This document shows, one piece after another, positions 39,780 to 53,970 of a DNA stretch of 64,000 nt. Within the stretch, counting starts at the first letter, position 1, and each line of letters opens with the position of its first letter. The position numbers and the translations under genes are program-made. The DNA lies in assembly GCF_006345805.1 (NCBI RefSeq), contig NC_042998.1:133796001-133860000 (forward strand). The letters are read 5' to 3'. The DNA comes from Octopus sinensis. Lineage: Eukaryota. Under the pieces are notes generated by a model. The model ran no database searches, was not told where the DNA came from, and was given only the letters and a program-made list of their open reading frames with translations.

Positions 39780-40350
39780 TGCTCAGGCACAGGCTCTTCA
39801 ACTTTTGAAGGGGAGGTAAAGTCAATTATATATAACGCTTGTGATTGACTCGTGTTTTATTTTGTTGTACCTCTGTTTCATCGGTGAAATTGGATTCGTT
39901 GGGATTTGAAATTTAAACGTAAAGAGCCGTAACTAAATATTGCTTCCAACCTCGCCCATTGATAACAACTGTTATAATAATAATTCCTTGCATAGGCAAG
40001 AAGTCAGGCATTTGGGAAGTGACTAAATCGACCTAGGTATTTTATTGGCTCCTCAAGGACTAAAGGCAAAATTAGACGTTTGTGGGTTATGAACTCAGAA
40101 CGTAGAGAGCTGAAACAAACATCACAAGACATTTAACTTGATGGTTTACCGATTCTGCCATTTCACAATCCTAATACTAATTGTTTCTGACGTAGACACA
40201 AGGCTAGCTATTGAGGAGGAGGTGAGTTAATTACATCGATCCAGTATTTTACTGGTAGCTTATTCTTTCGATCCCAGAAGGATGAAAGGTAAAGCTGACC
40301 TCGATGGGATCGCAGGTCATTTTGACTGACTCTTTAATGATCTCTCTAAT
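39780..40350 (-). mobile_element. Three old SINE B copies in tandem
   Basis: Degenerate aggcacaagg...gaaaggcaaag...gaactcagaacgta motifs repeated. Confidence 0.65.
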
Positions 40351-41944
40351 GCTCTACCCTAATAATAAGAGACATATTAGCAATGAAAATATTTTAAAAG
40401 TTAAATAATGCGAATAGACGCAATGGCAACAACAGCAATAGTAACAGAAATAAAATTAGCGCCAACAGTCGATCAACAAGAGCCATAACGACCATGATAA
40501 AGATAATTTAAATACAACAAGAAATGTTTTATAAACGAAGAACAGTAGCTAAAGTATCCAGCACAGCAACAATATGAACAACAACTGTAACAACAAAGTA
40601 CATGCTTAAATTGAAAAGCTTAAGTAAACAAGACTATAAAAATAACAAAAGAAACCGACGCAAAAATCAAAATCGCTGCCATTAATATCATGAACAGTTG
40701 AGCGATTATAAAAGTAGAAAAGTCAACAAAATCAACAACTGTAAAACATTGCCAACGATAACAGCTGACACATCCACAATGGCGAACATTCCCCAATGTG
40801 TCCTTCCATTTTTAAATGGTGGGGTGTAATCATAACGAGGTTTGACTACTTAGTCCAGTGAGTCAAGCATCAATAATAACTTCATTAACCATAAATACTG
40901 TGCTAGGATACACTCCATCAACGATAAGTTGAAAGGAGTGGCAATATAGCACTTCGAATGGGTGGCCTGGCTCTAGTTTAGTTCTTGATGACGCTATCAT
41001 CAAAACAATATTGCACATGAAAGAACCAAAGAGAGAGCCACTGCATGGTCATTCAGTATGATATGGATAGTAGTAAATGTAGTCAAACATAGCTCAATGT
41101 TGGATAAAATAGTCACTGGTGGAACGCCCTTTATTGAAGGTCTTTTTCATCAGGACTTGTGTGAGACTAAACAACATTAAAAATAACAACTGACATATGT
41201 AAAGATACTGGAGAAGGAAAAATAAAGCAATGTGTTTGTCGCACTTTATTGCTCTCCATATAATAAACATTCATATCATGGTGCATTGAGTAAAGGAATC
41301 ACAGTATATCTTGAACAAGGATTTGTGAGATTGCACCGCATCGTTCAGCCACAAAGCCTGATAAGTCAATATTAGCAACAGCTAAAATAACATTTATATC
41401 TACAAGTTCATCACCAATAACAATAAACGGCCAATAACATTAATCAGAAGTTATAACAATATACTGATCGTATTTGATACCTATTAACTTTGATAACAAT
41501 AACTGTTTAACAACATTGTCAATGATTGTAATAAGTGAATTCCAGTGAATATATTGCGAGGTAGCATAAGTCATTCAGCCCTAAGTCAATTCCAACTGAG
41601 ATAAACTACAATCAAAGGTATTCCAATCATGACCATCTCGATTTTATGAGTATTCAGATCTACATCATAATATATAATGGAGGGTGTAATTTGATAGAGA
41701 TTTGATTACTATTTCTAGCAAGTCGAATGATCAAGAAGCAGCTTTTTCGCCAGTCCCAATAGGAGATTTTTTCCGTCAACTTGATATAGAAAACTGGAAA
41801 AAAGTGCTGTCTAAGTTGACACCGGAAATCTTTGAAATAATGTACTTTAAAACGAACATCAAACAACTACTACCACCACCTCATTATTATAACCATCACC
41901 ACCAATAATAACTACTACTGATACTACTACTACTCCTCTTACTG

Positions 41945-41976
<32 letters not shown>

Positions 41977-42427
41977 GCTGCTGCTACTGCTGCTGCTACA
42001 ACCACTATTACTACTACACTAATAAACGAACAAAGATAGGGTCCATGAGAGGAGCCTGGTAATTACAGTAGAAGTTCTTTTAGATTTTGGAAGGGTTATT
42101 TAGTTATAACGCTCTTGTTCTCGTTTCAAGTCCCACGGAGGTCGCAATAGCAGATGAATTCCCACAAATATCACCTTACAGTCATACAGTAAACGGAACG
42201 ACATATTACAAAATGTAGTCAATATAGTTTTAGTCACAGAAAAGACCGGGTGTTGGTGGCTGGAATGGCTTTGATCGTAGTTTTCGTCGATCCTGTTTGA
42301 TTCAGGGTTAAACAAAACCAACTAAGCAATCACATAAACAAGAGTAAAATTCACAAGTTGCTTCGTTTCCCACTTTTATGGGTAAGAAAATCAGGGCATC
42401 TGTATGTGGACGCTTGATCTGCTAGGC

Positions 42428-42757
42428 CAGTGGTTCTCAACCAACGTCCATATGGTCTCTGAAAGTCCATTTAAGATTTTAGGGTATACACATAACAAAA
42501 TAGTAAATTAAAGATTCACAAAAGTATTTTAAGGGTCTCCGAAAAGAATTTACTTTAGATTTATGTATTGGTATGTATTACAAGAAACATCGCGGTTTCT
42601 TTCTCTAACATTTTACACAAATTACTGTGTGAAAACATTAATAAATGGCATTCTATAAAACTAGTTTTTTTAAAACATCAAATGGCTGTGTTGGGTCCGC
42701 CAAAGTAAAATAGTAATCAAAGGGGATCATAGATAAAAAAATGGTTCAGTACCCCTA
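42428..42757. mobile_element. hAT-type MITE
   Basis: TIRs cagtggttctcaacc / ggttcagtacccct(a); degenerate 8 bp TSD tgctaggc / tgctagag. Confidence 0.7.
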
Positions 42758-43114
42758 TGCTAGAGAAAACTTCAAATCACACCCTACTCTCTTAAATAAA
42801 GACTGAACTATAGATTCTTGATATGCAAAATGGTTAATGGCCGCGTCTAGGACATATTTGATCAAATCTGAGCTGACCTAGAGTTAAACAACTATATCAT
42901 TACATCCGATTTACTCGCCATAACCACTACTATCGCTATATTTCTATAACTAATACCATTGCCAACACCACAAAATCACCCCCCTACTATGTCACTGTTA
43001 CTTTAATAATTATCACCGACAGTAACAAAATAAAAACACATCAGCAGGAGACCTCTTACTGCCACCACCACTATTACCACTCAAAACAAACATAGCAGCA
43101 ATAACGAGCGAACG

Positions 43115-43305
43115 AGGAAGTCTCTATGTTGTCGCTCGATCTGCCAGAAATAGCAGCTAGATATACCGTTCGTCTTAAAGCAAAGTGAAGTGTACATTGA
43201 ATACAGTCGTCCTAGATATACTATTTTTGAAAAAAAAAAGAAACAAAAAAACAGAATGGTCGTAACTGGAATGCCTTTGGTCATAAGCCTACTCAATCAA
43301 CAACA
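43115..43305 (+). mobile_element. Old dispersed repeat family E ending in (CAA)n
   Basis: gctcgatctgccagaaatagcagc...gtcctagata...ctggaatgcctttggtcata; related pieces at ~42180-42320, ~42770-42900 and, inverted, ~24080-24340. Confidence 0.5.
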
Positions 43306-43706
43306 ACAACAACAGCAGCATCAACACCAACACCATCTCAGCCACGACGACCACCACCTCCAGCATTCCTACCATAACCAAGGCAGACGCTCGCATAGTA
43401 CCCCACACACACTATCACCACCACCACCAATTCGGCACCAATAGCAACAATAACACATTACCATTAATAACACTACCACCACGTCCAACCTCACCTCCGC
43501 AACATACGCCACCCAATCACCAGCAACACTAACAACAACAACAACAACAACAGTAACAGCAACAACAACAGCACCGCCACCAGCTGCTACTAACAAACCT
43601 TTCAAGATATTAAAACTGCAAGATGTGTAGACTCTTTGTCTCCATATATTTGTGTTGATACATACACACACACGTACACACGAACACACATGCACACACA
43701 CACACA

Positions 43707-43759
<53 letters not shown>

Positions 43760-43770
<11 letters not shown>

Positions 43771-43946
43771 AAGAGAGAGAGAGAGAAACAGAAACACAGA
43801 GAGAGACAGACAGAAACACAAAGAGAGAGAGAGAGAGAGAGAGAGGGAGGAAGGATAGAGAAAGTGAAAGACTAGACTAGAGAGAAATAGTCATAAACAG
43901 ATACATGTATACTTACGCATACACAAGTACACTCACGTGCACACGC

Positions 43947-44030
<84 letters not shown>

Positions 44031-44282
44031 AGAGAGAGAGAGAAACAGAAACACAGAGAGAGACAGACAGAAACACAAAGAGAGAGAGAGAGAGAGAGAG
44101 AGGAGGAAGGATAGAGAAAGTGAAAGACTAGACTAGAGAGAAATAGTCATAAACAGATACATGTATACTTACGCATACACAAGTACACTCACGTGCACAC
44201 GCGCAAACACACACACACACACACACACATCTGTATGTGCAAATATATACATATATATGTGTGTGTATATAAATACGTGTAT

Positions 44283-44290
<8 letters not shown>
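43760..44290 (+). repeat. 256 bp-period tandem duplication of a composite (CA)/(TA)/(GA) unit
   Basis: gactagactagagagaaatagtc at 43870 and 44126. Confidence 0.9.
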
Positions 44291-44341
<51 letters not shown>

Positions 44342-45599
44342 TCAAACCCAGCGTCATGCATTTGTTTACCTTAGCTTCTATTTTCTTTTCTTTTTTTTAA
44401 TGATATTAGATATTAATAAGGCAAAATAAATAGGTAAATAAATACAACTCAGTAAAGAAGTAACAAACAAAACAAAAATAACGCATGAGTTCAGATTTCA
44501 TTACTATTTTTATTTCTTTTAGTTGGTAGTTTTGTTGGAGGGGTTTTTTGGCACTTTTTGTGCTTTTTTTTGTGTTTAGTCGTTTTTGTTCATTTTAATA
44601 TTTTTTCTATTTTTATTTTTAGTCTTTTTCTTTTACTTTTTTTTTGTCACATCTAAATCTCATATCACCATGCTGCACTATAATCGCGCTCAACCAAAAG
44701 TTGTAGTACGAGAGTGATGTGGGAGCCTGTGCTCTAAAATTCGCCCTGTTCGCAAGAGCAGTTCCAATTTTTTCTGAAAATACGCTCTGAGAAAAGTGAA
44801 AATATATTGGACAATGTTGTCCTGCACACTCCATACCTAAAAGCAAGCAGGCGCAGTATTTTCATTGTTGGCATGCCTTTGTATTACGTCTGCTCGATCG
44901 GGGTTCATTTGGGATTAAACATTACCCAAAACAACACCAAAAATAAGCAGAAGCCAATGATGGAGTCTTTACGTGGTCTATCAAACTACTCGAATTAGCA
45001 GCCGTTATATCACAATTTATAGGGTGCACATGAACATTATTACAAGATTACAAACTTGTAAAAAAAGATAAGATCAGATTAAATTGACATAAACATGTTA
45101 CTTATACTTATTTCCTCATGACCGGCTAGATTATAAGATAGGTTAATCGCCGTGGAATTTGAACTGAGTATAAAAAGGAGTATAATTAAATACCACATTT
45201 GTTCTTACGTTTTATTAATTGTGCCATTCCACTGACATAAATATCTTTTGCATTGGCATTAGATTAGAAACTGATAAAGAAGAATATATTTCATTAAAAT
45301 CTACTCCCATAAATAACTGGCATATCAATCTTATACTGGATTAGTTAAAACGATTTTAAACAATATGAACAGCACCAGGAAGACCTCCAACTTATGTCAG
45401 TGGATTATCAATAACAATATCATTAGCTGATTCATTAGTTTCGACAGTAAGCATAACTACAGATTTGCTCAATTTCTAAAATTTTACTGTGCAACAGCTC
45501 AGGTTTTCTAACACTAAGGTACAATAGATTGTAGCGACAGAAATATAATAAAGCAAGCTAGACAAATCCTACTGGCCGATAAGGACTCCACCTGACTCT

Positions 45600-46400
45600 C
45601 AAAAACTGTGATCTAGATGAGGTTCCTTCAACGTAAACACATGAAGCATATGACAACACGAATACATGAAATTTTGTATGACGGTACATCTTGGACGTTC
45701 CCTGAAATTTAATAGACATTGACCTTTACAGAGATGATGGGCTTGATCATATTTTAGACGACTTAAGGAAATCCCCAAAAGTTTTAGAACTTAGGGCATT
45801 CAACTAACCTAACAGTTCAGACAACCAAACGAAAATATCTCTTAAAAACATATGATTTTGTCACCCACTTTAGCTTTAATTAATCGCATCAATAATATTA
45901 GCAGAAGGATCCTCTAATAAATACTCAATAAGGCACCCCCATACTGCAGCAACGCCTAATTATTAGATTCAAAAAGAAAATCAAAAGCTCATCTTATCCG
46001 CAACTCATTTCAACGATAAAAGTATGCCATATACCGTATATCAAACATCCTTTATCACACAAAACATACAATGGGCAAACACATCACTGCCAGCCAAAAC
46101 GTTTTAAGAGACACAGAACCGCGAATATCAAAAATATAATACCACACGCTTTCATTAGCAAAGCTGAAAACATTTGCTCACGTCGGAGTCCAAATATATG
46201 CCTAGGGGAGGGATCATCTAATGCAGACCGATAATTTGTGAAACTGAGGTTACTTTTATATAACCCAACCTACAAGTACTACGGAAACTTTACATAGGCA
46301 TGTTAAGAGGAGTTTTAGGAAATACTTTATAATTTCTTTTGGACACATAAATAAAAAGAACTCAGCAAATGTAATCATCTACATCTTGAAACTAAAATAT
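45600..46400 (+). mobile_element. Highly decayed Penelope-like RT/GIY-YIG fragment
   Basis: LYRDDGL encoded at ~45723-45743; downstream relics resemble PLE C-terminal motifs; many stops. Confidence 0.55.
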
Positions 46401-47178
46401 TCAGATTACACGATAAAATGAAAAATCGTTGAAAAATCACACTACGAAATTGGAAGCAAGAGTTATGATGTGCACATGGTATAGATAAATAGAAACCATG
46501 AAATCTTGCATAATCCAGATTTTTATCTAAATACCAAATCAGAGAAATTCGGAAAATGCAACCATTACGGTAAGTACGCATTATGTAATAGGGAACATTA
46601 GCTTTCCCGTATAAAAGCCACATAAATAAACAGTAGTAAGAAACGCCTTCCCTTTATACTATTTCTTCCTTTTTTTGCCCTATTTTTTAAAAACATTCTG
46701 ACCTAACGCATTTTCTAATTCCCTAACAAACGCTTTTCTCCAAAAACCACTGCACCCTTCCCATACAACTCTTCGATAAAACATCGATAATTACTTCCCT
46801 TTAAAACTCCTTGCTATGTTTCCTATTCCATCCTTCTCTTTGTTTTTTTCTATGCCAAACTTATATTTTCCCAACACTCCCCTCCACCTTCTCATTCCGT
46901 CCTTGTGCTATTTTCATGCTCAAATTTTAACTGCAAAATTTGCTTTGCCCTAACTTTTCCCAAATAAATAGCACCGAGAGTCAGGACGATAATCCTCTCC
47001 TGCAATAGAAATGTTATCCACCTTAACGGAAGCGGAAGATTGAAGGTAAACATATATATCCTTTTAGAAAATTTGTTCAATTTGAGCCAGAAATTCAGTT
47101 AGGAAACTTCAAAAAGGCGACAAAACTCAAGATAGTACCAATTGAATGTTTACTCTTAGTGTTTAATGAGTACATACA

Positions 47179-47216
<38 letters not shown>

Positions 47217-47513
47217 TGTGTGTGTGCGTGCGTGCGTGCATGTATGTGTGAGCATATATATATAAAATATGAATTGGAGATAAAACTACTATTATGCAAC
47301 TCAAACAGTGATAGACATAAACCAATACATAAATAATAAATAATATATATATATTTAATATAATATATGTATTGGTTTATGTTTATCACTGTTTAAGTTG
47401 CATAATAGTGGTATTATCTCTACTTCATATTTTATATATTTATACTGTGAAATTTGATTTTTAATACAAAATTGAATTTTTCCCAGTAAGTTTGGAGTTA
47501 TACTCCCTAATAT

Positions 47514-47554
<41 letters not shown>

Positions 47555-47749
47555 TTATATTGGCATTGATGGCTATCTTTTATCTTTTATCTTTTACTTG
47601 TCTGTCATTTGACTGCGGCCATGCTGGAGCACCGCCTTTAGTCGAGCAAATCGACCCCGGGACTTATTCTTTGTAAGCCCAGTACTTATTCTATCGGTCT
47701 CTTTTGCCGAACCGCTATATATATATATGTGTGTGTGTGTATATATATG

Positions 47750-47824
<75 letters not shown>

Positions 47825-47892
47825 GTATATATATATGTATATATATGTGTGTGTGTGTGTGTATATATATATGTATATATATATGTATATAT

Positions 47893-48075
47893 AAAGTTAA
47901 TCCAAACATGAAAGCACAACAACGCGAGGACGTGGAACAAGTAGAGTGTTGTTGGACGCTCAGGAAAGGAAAGAAAGAGGGAGGACCTAACGTTTCGAGC
48001 GGAGCTCTTCGTCAAAAACATAGAAAAAGGAAAGATGCAAGGAAGGGAAGACAGAGGAAAAAAATCGCCAACGAT
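47893..48075 (-). mobile_element. Penelope pLTR-like short repeat, same family as 16751-16930
   Basis: aaagttaatccaaac...gaggacgtggaacaa...cgtttcgagcggagctcttcgtc; abuts (TA)n at the same end. Confidence 0.75.
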
Positions 48076-48262
48076 ATAAACTCGATCACATATATCACTT
48101 TATGAATGTGTGTGTGTCTGTGTGTTCATGTTCGTTTTTTATGTTCATTTATAACAAAAACAATTTTACATGAATCTGATGGATTACTCTGTACTTTTGT
48201 AAAATGCAAAGAATGCTGTTACTAGTGACTTCGAAGTCAACAACATTCTTGTTTAAGAATAA

Positions 48263-48314
<52 letters not shown>

Positions 48315-48319
<5 letters not shown>

Positions 48320-48438
48320 CGTGATCACCGTGACCGACCAGGCTATCAGATGTTGCTACACATCGCTGGTCACAATGCGTTTCGCATTGTTTTAGCCTTT
48401 CAAATGACGCCACCCCGCTGGCTAAGCGAGCAGGCCAA
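48315..48438 (-). mobile_element. Short structured element embedded in (TA)n
   Basis: Hairpins caatgcg-aaa-cgcattg and gaccag...ctggtc; (TA)n on both sides. Confidence 0.45.
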
Positions 48439-48465
48439 TATATATATTTATTTCTCTTGCCACAT

Positions 48466-48526
48466 GTATTACTGACGAAGAGAGGGCTCTTAGTAGCTAA
48501 CTCTGAAATCGGTCCGATATGGTAAT
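48466..48526 (+). ncRNA. Type I hammerhead ribozyme motif
   Basis: TATTA-CTGACGA-AGAG..CTCT-GAAA-TCGG-T-CCGA-TA-TGGTA; stem I has two G-U pairs. Confidence 0.7.
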
Positions 48527-48661
48527 AATGGAATTTTTTAGAAATTTCTGTCGACCTTCTTTCGAGTAGCGTGCGTATTGTGAAAAAATTATATGGTTAA
48601 TGGACAATATGTCCAATTTTTCGGCATATTTGGCATTAGAAATTTTTTCCTTTGTCCTCAT

Positions 48662-49260
<599 letters not shown>

Positions 49261-49468
49261 TTCTATGTTTCTCCATGACTGACTTTGGAAGCGAAAAGTG
49301 ATTTGAATGGCTATTTGGCTGAAAACAATGAAAGCATGTGGTGCATGTATGCGAGTACATATATCATAATAATATCACTGCGAAACTTTGGGAGTATTTA
49401 ACTAAATTTTTATACGAAAGAAAATATGTATGTATTAATGTGTGTGTGTAAGAATACATGTATACATG

Positions 49469-49499
<31 letters not shown>

Positions 49500-50457
49500 T
49501 TACAGATATATATATATATATACACACTCGCACACACACATACGTTATTCTTATCTGGTAACGTTAATCTTTTCTCTATGTCGGTATGTTTAGACCGAAG
49601 TTGTGATCCAATAAATAATAATCCATTCGTGATAATATATTAGTCCTCTGCTATTTCTATTTTGTGGATAATTTCTATGCTTGTATCCAGTTCTCTAATT
49701 ATGGTTTTTTTTTTCTGTTCTTGCTTTTTTGCGTTTTCTTTTAGCATGCAAAGCTGGTTTTTTATGATCATTTGAGGTACATAGTCTACCAACTTCAAAA
49801 GGACAATGATACTTGAAATTTATAGCCATTGATTTCATGTCCACAACTTTCACATAGATGCTTACATATATACTCTGCTTTGAGATATCCAAATCCATTT
49901 CAGATGGTTTCATATTGAGAGAATGACTACACATAGCTATGTTTTTAAATTTCAAGAGAAAGTCCGTCTTGAAAGAATTGTGATGTAAATTCTTTCTAAT
50001 GTATATAATATTTATTAAAACTGATGGATTGGATTAATGTATTCAATAAGTCTTGAACGCAGTGCTACCCCTAAAGATGATTCCATTTTTTGGTTCTTTC
50101 ATTATACGTAGTTGTTTCTGGGTAGGTTCTAAATTTTGCTAGGGATTGTAGTATTTTTAGCATTTTATTTCTCGTGATGTTATCTGTGTTAATGACAGTC
50201 ATTGCATTGACATCAAATGATGCTACAGCGTGTTTTTATTCAGTTTAGCGTTAGGTTAATCGTAATTAAATAAACTTGTAATATCATAAAAAATGTTCTA
50301 GCTTTGTTCATCTCGTCTTATACACCGCTTAATATATCTGAACTTATAACATCCATTATGCCCGTTAAGAAAGTAAGTGTAGAGTGTGATTTGTAGCAAA
50401 TTTGCCTGTTATAACGCTCTGTACTGATGAGGATTATGGCATTAATAATTACGATAG

Positions 50458-50688
50458 TGGTGAAGGCGGTAAACCGACAGAATCGTTAACACGCAGGACA
50501 AAATGTATAGCAGTATTCCGTCTGACTTTATGTTCTGAGTTCAAATTCCACCGAGGTCGACTTTGCCTTTCATCATTTCGGAGGTTGATAAAATGAGTAA
50601 CATACCAGTGGAGCACTGGGGCCGATGTTACTCGACTTACCCCCAGCCACGAAATTGCTGGTCTTCTGCCAAAATTTGAAACCAACAA
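50458..50688 (+). mobile_element. SINE B
   Basis: tgttctgagttcaaattccaccgaggtcgactttgcctttcatc...ccaaaatttgaaacc. Confidence 0.9.
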
Positions 50689-51003
50689 TGACCATAGTGA
50701 TTATATGGTTGTTATTCAAACCCAGAGCAACTCTGTTCAAACAGGCTTTGGATCAAAGGCTTTCCGGGTTGCTTATTTAGGAATATTTTCCTTTTTATGC
50801 TTGAAAAGTTTGATGCAACTCTACTATTTGTAGTATACGAGGTGCCCATAGTACGGCTCTTTCCTTTGTTCGTAATGTGGTGGGTGGTGGCGTTGGTAGT
50901 TTTTACTCTTTGAGAATAGTTACTGCAATGGTATGGGTGTTAGAGTTAGTTATAGAACAATGGCAAACGCAGTTATGGTGGTGGTGGTGGTGGTGGTGGT
51001 GGC

Positions 51004-51094
<91 letters not shown>

Positions 51095-51726
51095 ATAGTA
51101 GTAGTAGTAGCGATGTGTTGATTAATTTTGTGATAGTGGAGGTAGTAGTGGGCGTTAGTTTACGTGATTTCGGTGGTGTAACTCAACATATGAAGGAGTA
51201 TAGTACATCCTTGTGCCTGCCAATGTCTGTCAGTGTGTGCATTTGTATGAGAGGAAATAATATTTTATTAGCGCCATTTTAGTTTTATTCATTTATTTAT
51301 TTATTATCTTTCTCTATTTTATTGTTGATTTAGACCTAGAAGTTGTTGCATATCCATACACACACATTGATTCATATATGCATACATACACACGCATGCG
51401 CACAAAACTATGCACGTGTGCAGCACTGCGTGTATGTATGTATGCATATATATATACATGTATGTATTCATGTATATATATGCGCATGTACATATATGCG
51501 CGTATATGTGTGTATGTCTGTGTATTTGTACGAGTGTATGTCTGTATAAATCATTTCCTGAAAATGTTACTTTGCAGTAGACGTATTCAAACACGAGTGG
51601 GCACATGCAAACATGAAGCAATACTTGTGTGTGTGTGTGCATGCGTGCGTGCGCATGTGCATGCGAGTGCATTTGTGTAACTCTACTCACACAAATACAC
51701 ACACACGCACACACCGATATATATAT

Positions 51727-51786
<60 letters not shown>

Positions 51787-51831
51787 ATTATATACATATA
51801 TATATATACATATATATATACATATACATAC

Positions 51832-51896
<65 letters not shown>

Positions 51897-52099
51897 CACA
51901 TATACATATACACATATACATATACATATGAACTCCCTTCACATCACTCCGTTTTGGATTTATTTTATTATGTGGGCTTCGAACAGTTCAACAGACAAAG
52001 ACATATTTAATAGAATTGCAGATCACTAGAAGTCTGTCTCGAAAATCTCGAAATTTCCTGTAATCTGATTCGAACATGCACATAGTCACAAGGAATCTA

Positions 52100-52710
52100 A
52101 GAATATTGTAAAGAATTCCCAAAACCTGATTCAGAAACATTTTCTCACAAGACGCATATGCGCCAATCGTTTTAACTGGAATATCTTAAAGGTAAACTAT
52201 TGTTGCATGAGAACATGCGAGGTATCATTGCAGGTATAAGGTGTTCTGAACCAGCTAAAAGATAACCTAAAGCAACTCTGATATCAGTTATCGGAATAAC
52301 CTTGTCAATCTAGAGTTTAGCAAGATGACGGCAAATGTCTAAATAGAGAGTTATACCTGTAGGTAATTTGAGAAATGCTGAAACTCTCAGTTATTGAGCT
52401 GCGTTGTCATTCCAAAGAAACATACAACTCCTTAGTTCATATATTGTAATATGCGAAGATCCTCTATGTGCCAGTCTTAAACCATAACTCCACCTTTATA
52501 TATACAGTAAAAGAAACAGTACAACATTTTCAAGCCATATATAGCACTTGAAATATCATTTAATAAGAAATTGAATATAATCTCGACAATACTGCACAGC
52601 AAGAAGTACACAACATATTAAAATAATTGTGACCGCTCCATTGATGAAAATTCTTTCGTGTCCATCTAAACATCAGGCACCTTAAACAGGAAATCAGAAC
52701 AAATTTATAT
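52100..52710 (+). mobile_element. Highly decayed Penelope-like GIY-YIG 3' region
   Basis: Relic peptides DGKCLN, KRNSTTFSSHI and LNRKSE in the order typical of PLE endonucleases. Confidence 0.4.
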
Positions 52711-53388
52711 ATATATATATATCGACATAAAATCAAGTTTTAACTTATCAAAGTTCAAAAGAACTAAGGCGTTTGCAAGAACAAATAAGCCTAAACTTTC
52801 GTCTTAAAATAACTGTTCTGTGAAAGATATTGAGTTCTCTTTTATGGCGTGTAGTAAACTTAACACAACTGTATATACACTGCCACTTGGACCTTGAATA
52901 AATTTAACGGAATCCCCTTTGTTACAAACGCTCAAATCATGTTTCTGCTCTAGAGATTTCTTCGTACTCCAAGCCTTGGAGAGCCTGGAAAGGGTTCTAG
53001 AAGGAACCTTTCCTTTTTCTAGAGAGCAATTTGAAATAAAATCTTCCTAAAGAATTCTGTGAGTGCTATGTAATTGTGTAAAAAGATTCAAAACCTATCC
53101 GGAGTATTGATATATAAAATAGCTCCAACTGAAATCTGAATAACACTAAAAAGTAGTGTTATTTTCTGTAAAAAAGCTTCATCCTATATTAGTAGTAGAC
53201 TTATTACTATTCGCTATAGGGACTGGTAACCACTATAAGTTGTAGTGGGGAACAGTTCACACGTGTGCTGAGGCTGACCAAAGGATTTTATATTTAGATA
53301 TATCTGGGGTACTTATATGTATTCATGATTTTTGCTTCGGCTTTTTTCCATGGGCGCTTGTAAGTATTTCATTTATGTCTTTTTGTAT

Positions 53389-53450
53389 TTTCTACTGAAG
53401 AGGAAAAAATCTATTATGAGATTAATTCCGAAATTGATTCAATATAGAAA
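53389..53450 (+). ncRNA. Type I hammerhead ribozyme motif within a family F repeat (~53230-53620)
   Basis: TTTCTA-CTGAAGA-GGAA(aa-AATCT-attatg-AGATT-aa)TTCC-GAAA-TTGA-T-TCAA-TA-TAGAAA; all stems pair. Confidence 0.85.
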
Positions 53451-53616
53451 TAACGAACTTTTTAAAAAGTTCTTTTGGCCAGCTTTCCTCGATTTCAGCT
53501 CTACGCGTTTTCTGTAGCGAGTAAATAATATGTGGAAATTAACGATATAAAAGTCTGTTATCAGCATATTGGCATAGAAATAATTTTCTTTAGCCCTTGT
53601 TTATAAGTTGTGTATA

Positions 53617-53668
<52 letters not shown>

Positions 53669-53746
53669 CAGAGAGAGAGAGACAGAGAGACAGAGAGACA
53701 GAGAGACAGAGACAGAGAGAGAGAGACACAGAGAGAGAGAGAGAGA

Positions 53747-53970
53747 TACAAGGTGAGTAAGGTATTTGAGGACATACCTTTTTGGGTCATTGCTGCATTT
53801 TTTTTGATAACTCTGTATATTCTTTGTTTCAGAAAATAATAATGGCCGACTCGCAGCTTACTCAAGAAATGAAGAGGCATGCTGTTATTGTGGTTATAAA
53901 GGCTGGGCACAGCGATTTAGAAGTCACTATGCTCGAAATATCTCGATGTTTAAAAGTTGCCAGCTTTTTC
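53747..53970 (+). mobile_element. Tc1/mariner-superfamily 5' remnant with transposase N-terminus
   Basis: Begins TA-caaggtgag; encodes MADSQLTQEMKRHAVIVVIKAGHSDLE...ISRCLKVASFF (HTH-like). Confidence 0.55.
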
